A stretch of DNA of 64,000 nucleotides from a virus (taxonomy: Duplodnaviria > Caudoviricetes). The position numbers and the translations under genes were made by a program. Position 1 is the first letter of the stretch; each line of letters opens with the position of its first letter. The stretch covers positions 160,001-224,000 of the IMG/VR virus record IMGVR_UViG_2597490325_000001, one strand, 5' to 3'. A model generated the notes under the pieces. The model was given only the letters and a program-made list of their open reading frames with translations. It did not search any database and was not told the origin of the DNA. Positions 19,900-28,370 of this stretch are shown here, piece by piece.

Positions 19900-19964
19900 T
19901 TTAGTGAAAAGATAGTTAAATCAATTATCTTTTATAATAATTTAAATATTGGAGTTAACAGAAT

Positions 19965-20288
19965 ATGACCGCATTAGTTGGAACTGAAGTTAAAGTACAT
20001 TTCAAATCATCAAATGGTGAAACTACTTCTTTTGATATTGAAATTACTGAAGAGGAAATTGGTAAAAGCTGGATTTGGACTAAGATTTCTTATACCAATG
20101 GTTTAACTGCTGTCAGTGCTACTGAAAAGCGTAAAGGTATGATCTGCTGGAATAAGAAAACTGGTAAACGACGTTGGCAAGCCGCTAATGAAGATTTATG
20201 GAATTACTACTGGATTAGTCCGTCTGATTTCAAGACTAATATGCCAGTAACACGCTTAGGTTTAGCGAAAATTTACGGGAATATGTAA
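19965..20288 (+). CDS. Hypothetical early protein
   Basis: ggag RBS; Trp-rich. Confidence 0.8.
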   Translation: MTALVGTEVKVHFKSSNGETTSFDIEITEEEIGKSWIWTKISYTNGLTAVSATEKRKGMICWNKKTGKRRWQAANEDLWNYYWISPSDFKTNMPVTRLGLAKIYGNM

Positions 20289-20391
20289 CTTTTTATATGT
20301 TCCACTAATAATTATATACATACTGATCAAAAGCCACTACTCTCCGACATGAGAGTTTTTGATGAGAAAGCTCAGGGGCATTATTTCCCTA

Positions 20392-20422
20392 CCCGCCTAT
20401 AGATTTAGGCGGGATTTTTTTT
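20392..20422 (+). terminator. Intrinsic terminator
   Basis: cccgccta-tagatt-taggcggg plus T-tract. Confidence 0.8.
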
Positions 20423-20490
20423 TATCGTATAATAGCAAATTTCATTAATATATTATAATGATGATATCAATTATACTAACAAGGTACAAT

Positions 20491-20736
20491 ATGGAAATTC
20501 TTTCATTAGTAATCTTAAAGACTAATGGGTTTCAAATTCCTCCAGAAATTACTGTGGTAAGTAATTATGGAAGAGAGACTCTCGTTATTAATGATGAGCA
20601 TACTAACCGTGTATCTGGCACGTCAATGCTTGTTAAAGGTACAGCCGAAAATCTGAAAAAGATGATCGAAATTAATAAAGGTGTTTGGACTTCAAGTAAC
20701 CCAATGTTTGGTGGTTGGGATTTCCGAACTGTATAA
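20491..20736 (+). CDS. Hypothetical early protein
   Basis: Start moved to ATG 20491 (aaggt RBS); early promoter at 20448-20456. Confidence 0.7.
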   Translation: MEILSLVILKTNGFQIPPEITVVSNYGRETLVINDEHTNRVSGTSMLVKGTAENLKKMIEINKGVWTSSNPMFGGWDFRTV

Positions 20737-20777
20737 CTCTTAAGTAAAAAAAAAATAATTTTAATAAAGGTACTATT

Positions 20778-21353
20778 ATGAAAAACTCTCTCATCGAAAA
20801 ATTGTTTTCTGTAAAAGCTCCTGTTTCAAATAATGCAATCCAGACAGTAGTTGGTAAGGCTGAAGTACGGAAAATGATTTTCCATTATTATACAGAAGGT
20901 TCAATTAGTGAATCATTTGCTGAAATGATTTTGGGTATGAAAGTCACCAAGAAAGTTCCAATGGTAGGTAATTTCATACCTGAAGAGATTCTTCGTATTG
21001 AAGAACTTAATGCGAAAAACTTCTTTAAGTTGGTTGGTACCGATAAGGTATTCTTCTCTCCGGTAAAAAATACTGGCTTCTATGAAGTATATTATGCTTT
21101 CCAGTCAGATGTAGAAAATAAAGATGGTAATCTGGTACTACGCTCTAAAGAAGAGTCTACCAATACCAAAATCAGTTCTAAGGCCAAGTTTGAAAAAACT
21201 AAAGTAGAAAGTGCAGTGTATTTTGAAAAAGATACAATGTATATCTGCTTAGCTGATGAATTGATGTTACATTATCTCTCTCCTGAAGTATTCAGTTACA
21301 ATGAAGAAGAGCGAATTATCTATGACAGTAATCTGTCATTAGTAACCAGTTAA
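20778..21353 (+). CDS. Hypothetical early protein
   Basis: aaggt RBS. Confidence 0.8.
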   Translation: MKNSLIEKLFSVKAPVSNNAIQTVVGKAEVRKMIFHYYTEGSISESFAEMILGMKVTKKVPMVGNFIPEEILRIEELNAKNFFKLVGTDKVFFSPVKNTGFYEVYYAFQSDVENKDGNLVLRSKEESTNTKISSKAKFEKTKVESAVYFEKDTMYICLADELMLHYLSPEVFSYNEEERIIYDSNLSLVTS

Positions 21354-21402
21354 TTCTCTCTCTGTAAGCCCCTGTATGGGGCTTTATTTTTATGGTGACT
21401 AT

Positions 21403-21768
21403 ATGTTTATAGTAAAATATCCAGTAACTGAAAAAGATAGAAATGTGAATTTTTGGTCTGTAGGGAAATTATTCATTGCATATAATTTCTTTCTCCTGTT
21501 AGAAAACAGGAAAAGATATCCTTTTACTAGTTGGGATGACTATATCTACAAATATATTGCTCCTGACAGAGATCTTGAAAGATCTTTTAATATAATTTGT
21601 ATTGAGCGAATAAGAAAAGTAAAAAGAGCTACATTAGTAGATGAAGCTCTAGGATCACAACTTTATTCTATTTCCACTAACGTATTAAGAAGCGGGTTAT
21701 TTAGATTATGTTCACGTTCAAAAGGGACTCTGTATCAAGGGGTGATCAGGAACTGTATGACTTGGTAG
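21403..21768 (+). CDS. Hypothetical (overlapping-chain ORF 1)
   Basis: Start moved to ATG 21403 (ggtga RBS), after the hairpin at 21366-21384. Confidence 0.6.
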   Translation: MFIVKYPVTEKDRNVNFWSVGKLFIAYNFFLLLENRKRYPFTSWDDYIYKYIAPDRDLERSFNIICIERIRKVKRATLVDEALGSQLYSISTNVLRSGLFRLCSRSKGTLYQGVIRNCMTW

Positions 21769-21974
21769 CAACTCTTTCTACATTTCATTTGCAAGTTATA
21801 TTAGGTATGGAACGTTCTGATCAGTACACTTTTTATGAATTTATAACTAGTGGTCATTTTAGAAATTATTTGTTACTTGATCATCCGATAGATATGATGA
21901 TTAGAATACCTTTAACTAAACCGACAGCTAAGATATTGATATCTACTGGCAGGATAATACCATGTTACTTCTAG
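21708..21974 (+). CDS. Hypothetical (chain ORF 2)
   Basis: ORF overlapping both neighbours. Confidence 0.55.
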   Translation: MFTFKRDSVSRGDQELYDLVATLSTFHLQVILGMERSDQYTFYEFITSGHFRNYLLLDHPIDMMIRIPLTKPTAKILISTGRIIPCYF

Positions 21975-22282
21975 TTCTTCATCCAGAATCAAGTACTGAT
22001 ATGAAAACATATGCCAATCTTTTGAAAATACCTTTTCATCGTTTAGGTGTATCAGGGCTATGTTTTAAATTTTTAGATCTAATTCATAAGCCCACTAGCG
22101 AAATTCATTTTATGAATAATGATGATTATCTTGAGGGGGCTAAAAATTTTGGACATTTTCAAGTGCTTCATAGACCTGCTGATTCAATAAATGCAATAAC
22201 ACCTTTACTGAATTATGTTTTGTATATTAATTCAGATGTTTTTTCGATATATTGTATGAGACCTTATCATGCGAATCTATAA
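21962..22282 (+). CDS. Hypothetical (chain ORF 3)
   Basis: agga RBS inside the upstream ORF. Confidence 0.6.
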   Translation: MLLLVLHPESSTDMKTYANLLKIPFHRLGVSGLCFKFLDLIHKPTSEIHFMNNDDYLEGAKNFGHFQVLHRPADSINAITPLLNYVLYINSDVFSIYCMRPYHANL

Positions 22283-22664
22283 AGTTAAGAAAATATATTA
22301 TGTTTCTTATATAATGAAACAAATGGTTTTTTCTCTTACAAATATTGATTCTCCTGGATTTAAATTAAGATTATGGCATTCTTTAATAATCTATAATGGC
22401 GGAATGCGCCTTATCCCAGGAGTGTATTATTTTGATGATACAACTCATCTTGATGAAATGGTTCAAATGTCAGCCATTTTTACCGAAAATAATACTACTA
22501 ACCATACTAATTATCTGGATGATGAACGTATGGTTAGGTCTGATAGTTTTTTGATATATGTTACTGGAGAAAACAATTCTACTAGAATTTCCACTCCTTA
22601 TTCTTATTTGCAAAGGGTACAAGATGTATTATGCTTAAACTTAAATGTGCAAATAACCGATTAA
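22269..22664 (+). CDS. Hypothetical (chain ORF 4)
   Basis: Overlapping ORF. Confidence 0.55.
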   Translation: MRIYKVKKIYYVSYIMKQMVFSLTNIDSPGFKLRLWHSLIIYNGGMRLIPGVYYFDDTTHLDEMVQMSAIFTENNTTNHTNYLDDERMVRSDSFLIYVTGENNSTRISTPYSYLQRVQDVLCLNLNVQITD

Positions 22665-23005
22665 GTATTGGTTATGTAAGATCAAGTAAAGATTTGGAGT
22701 TAGTTCGATTACATGGAAAGAAATTCATTAATAATAATAGACTGCTGGTAATGGATTTAAATTGTAATCATTCAGCAACTATAGATTATTTTAGTGATAG
22801 GGTGATAGTTACAAGTGTTTTTGATTTAGATACTCAGATGCTTAAAGTGCAAAGAGAATTAATGAATAATGGTATTAGCGGTGCTTATAGTTCTAGAAGC
22901 TTCAAAAGTATGGGTTCAGCTTTATTTGGCACAACAGACGGAAGAATAGAAACCATGCATATAGAAGAACATCAGTTATACATTGAAGGTAAAAAGTTAT
23001 GGTAA
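22631..23005 (+). CDS. Hypothetical (chain ORF 5)
   Basis: Overlapping ORF. Confidence 0.55.
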   Translation: MLKLKCANNRLSIGYVRSSKDLELVRLHGKKFINNNRLLVMDLNCNHSATIDYFSDRVIVTSVFDLDTQMLKVQRELMNNGISGAYSSRSFKSMGSALFGTTDGRIETMHIEEHQLYIEGKKLW

Positions 23006-23478
23006 TCCATCAAGTGCCTATACCTCATGAATATCATTTTTCAGAAAATTGGTTCTACCGAGCTTTAAGAGTTTTATCAATCAGTTTTATCGGGTTTCAG
23101 TTTCTGGAAGATGGAGAAGATTACTCTCCTTTTTATATGAAAGATTCTGACAATAAGACTATGAGTGATTATTTTAATACAGAACATGATTCTACTAAAT
23201 CTCGTAGATCTTGGTTTGATAGTGTGTCTGAATATATAACTGATATGGTTGATTGGTCTAGTGACGAAGATGAAAGAGTAGCCATTAAGTCTATAGTTAA
23301 AGAGGAATTCTTTAACTACTACCAGCGAATCGTGAATTCGGATATAATTAATTTAGAAGGTACCACTCTACATGGTTTACCTCCAAATAAAAATGGTATA
23401 ACTTCTAGTACTGTCATAATTTTACTCCATATTTTCTTTAAAACGGAAATAAAGTATGTTCAAAATCACATTTATTAA
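22999..23478 (+). CDS. Hypothetical (chain ORF 6)
   Basis: aaggt RBS, overlapping. Confidence 0.6.
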   Translation: MVIHQVPIPHEYHFSENWFYRALRVLSISFIGFQFLEDGEDYSPFYMKDSDNKTMSDYFNTEHDSTKSRRSWFDSVSEYITDMVDWSSDEDERVAIKSIVKEEFFNYYQRIVNSDIINLEGTTLHGLPPNKNGITSSTVIILLHIFFKTEIKYVQNHIY

Positions 23479-23998
23479 AGAAAGAATGAATTTATTTGCT
23501 GGTACACCATTATTAGGTTGCTTAGAAGCTTTCAATCCTTTATCAAGAATAGACACATTAGAAGGGTTAAAGCATAAAACTATTTCTAATACAGGAATAA
23601 AGTTTTTTGCAGCATTAGAAAAAGTACTTATTACCCCTCCAAAAAAATATCATAAAACTTTTGAAGAATTAGATATAGATTCTTTTAATACTTCATTAGA
23701 TAATTTTAAAAAATCTAATTCTGTTACTTTTCCATATCGCCGTCATCAGTTATATTCATCTACTCCTAGCGGTAAATCAAACTTTTCAGCATATATACTT
23801 GCTTCAAAAATGTCAAGTAGAGACTTAGATGAATTAGTCTTAGATAAAGACTTAATATTTTATATTAAGTATCCTGAAACCATTGCCCCGCTTAATCTAG
23901 CAAATATACCTAATTTAACAGGTCTACATTTACGAGCTAGACGATCAATTTCTCCTAATTATATACTAGATTCATTGTCTGGTATTGAAGATAACTAA
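23456..23998 (+). CDS. Hypothetical (chain ORF 7)
   Basis: Overlapping ORF ending at the hairpin at 24003-24037. Confidence 0.6.
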   Translation: MFKITFIKERMNLFAGTPLLGCLEAFNPLSRIDTLEGLKHKTISNTGIKFFAALEKVLITPPKKYHKTFEELDIDSFNTSLDNFKKSNSVTFPYRRHQLYSSTPSGKSNFSAYILASKMSSRDLDELVLDKDLIFYIKYPETIAPLNLANIPNLTGLHLRARRSISPNYILDSLSGIEDN

Positions 23999-24057
23999 AA
24001 AATTGAGAAACTCTAACTAATCATTAGAGTTTCTCAAAGTTAATCTTTTTTTAACAC

Positions 24058-24066
24058 ATATATTAT
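24058..24066 (+). promoter_or_regulatory. Early promoter ATATATTAT
   Basis: Upstream of the RNAP beta gene. Confidence 0.65.
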
Positions 24067-24104
24067 AATTGTGTATAGTCCTAAAACAATGGAGAAAAAG
24101 TAGA

Positions 24105-26081
24105 ATGGCTTATCAAGGTAATATCCCTGATCATGAATTACATGACCATTCATTCTTAGGTGAAGAACTACTAATCCCTATGGTTAATCATTCGGATGGT
24201 GGTCGTATCAACATGTTCACTCAGCATCAGTCTCAGCTCACTACAATTAATCATGGTGAGCCTCCTTTGGTATTTACTCGCTTTGAAAAACAAATTGGAA
24301 AGTATTCATCTGGTCATCGTGATGTAGATGAAAAAGTTAAGATTAAGCGTATTTTTGAATTCAATGATAATCGTAAATTGATTCTTGTACATTATCCAGC
24401 AAGAAAAGAATATGATATTATTGAGTTTAATAGAGCTGTTAACCTTACTGAGTATTATGGTTATCAATCTATTCTCAATGATGAAGTAGAAGAAGGTGCA
24501 GTTATTGAACCAGATGGTGAAAAACCTTGGATTTTCAGAAACAATATGTTCGATGATGATTTGAATTTATGTTATGGTTTGAATCTCAATGCTGTTTATA
24601 TTCCACTAGAAGGTCTTACTTATGAAGATCCATGTGTAATTTCTGAATCTACTGCTAAAAAATTCTCACATACTGAAGTAAAAGTATATCGAGTAGTACT
24701 CAACCGAAACGACGTTCTCATCAATTTACTTGGTGACAGTGACCATTATATTCCATTCACTAAGATTGGTGAGAAAATTAAAGATGGTATTTTATGTGCT
24801 GTTCGTCGAATTGACTATAGCACTATAGTATCTGATTTTAAAGATAAAGAATTCTGCATCCCTCATCCAAACGATGATACTATCTATAATGGTAATGGTA
24901 CCTTAATGGATATTAAGGTGTACAGTAACATCATTGATGACTCCCTACCTTATAATAAACCAATTTTGGATATTCTGGCTAAGCAATTTGAAGTTTATTC
25001 AGATATCTTAGAAGTATGTACTGAAATTAAAAACTCTGGTAAAAAAGTAACTGATGACTTTAATCATTATTTACAAAAAGCTAGAGACCATTTGTCTATT
25101 AAAGATTCAAATAGTAATATTCCATTCTCTCAGGATAAAAGTACCTTTGAAGGTATTGTAATTGAATTTATTGTAGCCGAAACTAAACCATGTAATCCTG
25201 GAGATAAACTTACAGGACGCTATGGTAATAAGGGGGTTATCTCTCAAATTCGTCCTGATAATGAAATGCCTAAAGTTGAAGGTACAGATATGCATGCTGA
25301 TATCTGTCTAAACTTCTTAGGTGTATGTGGTCGTATGAATATCTCTCAGCTATTTGAGCAAGAATTAAACTTCATTGCTGATAATATTCGTTTTAAATAT
25401 ATTGATGATCCAGAAAATAAATCTAATCTTAAAAAGTTCTTTAAAGACCTTAAGAGTTTCTATGAAATTGCTTCTCCTAAGCTTTTAGAGTACATTGATG
25501 GTTGTGATTTGGATGATATAAAAGAGCTACTTGTTGAATTCATTAAGTATGGTATTCCTATTCATCAACCACCATTCTTTGGTAACGTTAATCATATCGG
25601 TTTAGAAGAATTATATAATCGTTTCCCTACGGAAAAATATAAGTTTGAAGGTATCCAGCAACCTTTAATTATGGGTAAACTGTATTTCGTTAAACTTAAG
25701 CACATGCCTAAAGGTAAATTCTCAGTACGTTCCGCTGAAATGACTAACCTCATGGATGTACCTTTCCGTAATAACGAATCTTATAAGAAACATAGTGCAT
25801 TGTTTAACAGTAATGCTATCAAGTTAGGTGAACAAGAAGCATTTAACCTTAATTTGATTGAAGACCCTGAAACAATTGCTAAGTTCTATAAATCTTATTC
25901 TTCTAGCCGTGTTCGTCGTCAAGACATGCTTCATCAAGCATTCATGGCTAAAAGTCCTGATGATATTGAATCATTTAATGATAATATTGATGAAGAATCT
26001 GGTCGAAGCAACCCTTCTCAAAGCGTAAGAGCCTTGCTTAAAGGTGCAGGTATGACCATCATTGATTCAGATGATGAATAA
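24105..26081 (+). CDS. Multisubunit RNA polymerase beta C-terminal subunit (probably non-virion RNAP)
   Basis: NHSDGGRINM, TYEDP, GDKLTGRYGNKGVIS, GRMNISQLFE, KLKHM, KLGEQE; start moved to ATG 24105 (ggag RBS). Confidence 0.92.
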   Translation: MAYQGNIPDHELHDHSFLGEELLIPMVNHSDGGRINMFTQHQSQLTTINHGEPPLVFTRFEKQIGKYSSGHRDVDEKVKIKRIFEFNDNRKLILVHYPARKEYDIIEFNRAVNLTEYYGYQSILNDEVEEGAVIEPDGEKPWIFRNNMFDDDLNLCYGLNLNAVYIPLEGLTYEDPCVISESTAKKFSHTEVKVYRVVLNRNDVLINLLGDSDHYIPFTKIGEKIKDGILCAVRRIDYSTIVSDFKDKEFCIPHPNDDTIYNGNGTLMDIKVYSNIIDDSLPYNKPILDILAKQFEVYSDILEVCTEIKNSGKKVTDDFNHYLQKARDHLSIKDSNSNIPFSQDKSTFEGIVIEFIVAETKPCNPGDKLTGRYGNKGVISQIRPDNEMPKVEGTDMHADICLNFLGVCGRMNISQLFEQELNFIADNIRFKYIDDPENKSNLKKFFKDLKSFYEIASPKLLEYIDGCDLDDIKELLVEFIKYGIPIHQPPFFGNVNHIGLEELYNRFPTEKYKFEGIQQPLIMGKLYFVKLKHMPKGKFSVRSAEMTNLMDVPFRNNESYKKHSALFNSNAIKLGEQEAFNLNLIEDPETIAKFYKSYSSSRVRRQDMLHQAFMAKSPDDIESFNDNIDEESGRSNPSQSVRALLKGAGMTIIDSDDE

Positions 26082-26184
26082 ATAGAATTCGGGTAATAGT
26101 GTAAAAGCTATTACCCGTATCTATCTTATTTTTCTTCATATATTATTAAAATGATAAATAATTTATAACAATAAGGAGTTTATA

Positions 26185-26433
26185 ATGTTGACTATTTATC
26201 ATTTTATCATTAATAAATTAAATTGCCTGTTTTTCGTTCTAGTTTGTTTTGTACTGTTCCTACTCAGTTTTAGTTTATACGATTTCCTTAAACCGCAAAT
26301 TGTCCTGATGCATCCTTTCTTAGCGGTTATTTCAAGTTTTGTTTTAATTGTGTTATATATTGGCTTTACTTTAAGTGCAGCTAAAACAGTTTCCGATTTC
26401 GTTTTATATTTTACTAGAAATAAAAGAAATTAA
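26185..26433 (+). CDS. Small early membrane protein (2 TM)
   Basis: aaggag RBS, early promoter at 26138-26146, two hydrophobic segments. Confidence 0.75.
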   Translation: MLTIYHFIINKLNCLFFVLVCFVLFLLSFSLYDFLKPQIVLMHPFLAVISSFVLIVLYIGFTLSAAKTVSDFVLYFTRNKRN

Positions 26434-26504
26434 CAGATCTTTAGTAGTATCCCCCTAAGAAATTCTTAGGGGTTTTATAAATCTTTTTTTTCTGGATAAT
26501 AATT

Positions 26505-27080
26505 ATGAATTGGAAAAAATTTCTTCCTAAAGTGGCTCTTTGGCTGGTGATGGTACCTGTGGACTTTATTATGGTTCTTACGGCCTATCCGATGTCTCCT
26601 ATCATTGCTCTAATCTCTATGATTAAAGGTGAACCTCCTAAATGGGCTTGGTTGTGGCTAACTTATGATAACCCTATTGATGGTGATAGTGGACATCTAA
26701 AACGTTGGGCCGATTATGTGGCTAAGTATCCTAAATGGGGTGTGTATTGCCGTAGAACTGCTTGGCTCTGGCGTAATAAAGTGTACAACTTTGCGTATAC
26801 TTATGAAGGTATCAGTGTAGGTAAGATTGTTGTGGCTTCCGGTAATCCTAATACTGAATCTGGTAAACCTGGTAAAGAAGGTTATATCTGGTTAGTTGAT
26901 GAAAATGGGTATTGGTGTCTATTCCTATTCAAACATTATACTAAAAACCTAGCAGTGCGTATCTATATTGGATGGAAATTTAAAGGTCTGTTAAAAGACC
27001 CTAATGGTAAAATTGAACGTTCAATGTTTGCTAACTTCTTTAGTCCATTTAGAATCTGGACTGGAAGTGACGATAAATAA
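26505..27080 (+). CDS. Conserved Trp-rich phage membrane-associated protein
   Basis: W..T.DNPIDGD and R..WLWRN..YNF motifs; late promoter at 26432-26444. Confidence 0.75.
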   Translation: MNWKKFLPKVALWLVMVPVDFIMVLTAYPMSPIIALISMIKGEPPKWAWLWLTYDNPIDGDSGHLKRWADYVAKYPKWGVYCRRTAWLWRNKVYNFAYTYEGISVGKIVVASGNPNTESGKPGKEGYIWLVDENGYWCLFLFKHYTKNLAVRIYIGWKFKGLLKDPNGKIERSMFANFFSPFRIWTGSDDK

Positions 27081-27178
27081 ATGAATTTAACCCATATCCT
27101 CAAAAGGGATATGGGTTTCTTAATTTCTTTTTTAAAAATATATAATTAAATAGAATAATCAACTAGTAAGGAAATAAA

Positions 27179-27463
27179 ATGAATATCTATGTAAATGAAT
27201 CAAATGGTGATGTCTACCAGTTAAAACGTAAAACGGCTCATAATGTCCTCTTTGATATTCTTTCAAAAGGTGATAAAAAAGAAGCTACAGTTATTCCTCT
27301 ATTAGCTACTAAGCCTTTAAAAGAAATGTCTGAAAACGATTATGTAATTAAAGTTCTTAAGAAATATGAAAGTAATGCTGAAAGTATCACTGTTAAAGAA
27401 CTTAATACATTACATAATCTAGGGTACCAACGTTTAACTCATGTAATGGATATGGCGATATAA
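27179..27463 (+). CDS. Hypothetical protein
   Basis: aagga RBS; early-like motif at 27138. Confidence 0.75.
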   Translation: MNIYVNESNGDVYQLKRKTAHNVLFDILSKGDKKEATVIPLLATKPLKEMSENDYVIKVLKKYESNAESITVKELNTLHNLGYQRLTHVMDMAI

Positions 27464-27464
27464 T

Positions 27465-27965
27465 ATGGAAATCAAACGTTCTTCATGGCATTTTATGCTA
27501 AATGATATTTTTTATAGTAATCCTGAAAAATTTAATACTCTGTGCTCTTATTTCTGGAGGACTGTATTTTCTGTATTCATAGTAATTATAGCTTTCTTAG
27601 CAGTTATATCAGCAGGTATGTTATATGGAATAATGCTTACTGACTGGTATATTGATAGTCATCCTAATACTATGATAGCTGATATAAGTTTGATATATCG
27701 TCGCCTAATCCAGATTCCTCTAGGTTTGATTGGAGTGATTATTACATTCTTTACTATAAAGTATTTAGTAGCTGGTTGGATTAAATTTTTAGTAACTCTT
27801 GGTGGATTCTTTAAACTTCTGAGAAAAAGTATAAAGAAACTGACTACTAAGCCTTTAAAAACTACTGTTAGTGAAATTAAGAAAGAACCGTCTTTAATTA
27901 TTGAAATGATTAAAGCTAAAAAGAAAAAGTATTGCCCAACCATAGAGTTTAAAGGTAAAAGATAA
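27465..27965 (+). CDS. Membrane protein (2 TM)
   Basis: SSWH..LCSYFW N-terminus; KKKKYCPTIEF C-terminus. Confidence 0.75.
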   Translation: MEIKRSSWHFMLNDIFYSNPEKFNTLCSYFWRTVFSVFIVIIAFLAVISAGMLYGIMLTDWYIDSHPNTMIADISLIYRRLIQIPLGLIGVIITFFTIKYLVAGWIKFLVTLGGFFKLLRKSIKKLTTKPLKTTVSEIKKEPSLIIEMIKAKKKKYCPTIEFKGKR

Positions 27966-28009
27966 AGATTCCATAACTTTTTATTAGTATTATATCAAAG
28001 GAATTTATA

Positions 28010-28369
28010 ATGTACTATTTTCGTTCTGTTTCAAGTAATCCATTTCATAAAAATAATTTTCTGATTTCTAAGAATGAAGAAACCAATGAATTACTTACTA
28101 TTGAAAATAAAATTGTTAACCCTAAAGAGTCTTTAGAAATGGTTACATTAACTAAGGTCTATCCAAATTTCTTAGCTAATCGTATCTTTAGGAATATTAA
28201 GAATCAAGATCTGTATGAATTTTTAATGATTACAAATATTGATTGTGATGATATCAATAAATGGCCTTTAATGGCTGTTTACACTAATGTAAAATCGGGT
28301 AAAGTTTATTCTCGTCCTTTTGTAGAATTTCTTGAAAAATTTACCTATGAAAAATTCCTGAGAGGTTAA
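28010..28369 (+). CDS. Hypothetical with DUF1653-like C-terminus
   Basis: AVY....GKVYSRP..EFLEKF. Confidence 0.6.
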   Translation: MYYFRSVSSNPFHKNNFLISKNEETNELLTIENKIVNPKESLEMVTLTKVYPNFLANRIFRNIKNQDLYEFLMITNIDCDDINKWPLMAVYTNVKSGKVYSRPFVEFLEKFTYEKFLRG

Positions 28370-28370
28370 A

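Noticed and set aside
20320-20375. Hammerhead ribozyme (TGATGA..GAAA)
   Set aside because: Core reads TTGATGA immediately followed by GAAA, with no stem II and no proper cleavage triplet geometry
21403-23998. Stop-codon reassignment or one frameshifted pseudogene
   Set aside because: The rest of the window has long ORFs in the standard code; these ORFs change frame and several have their own RBS
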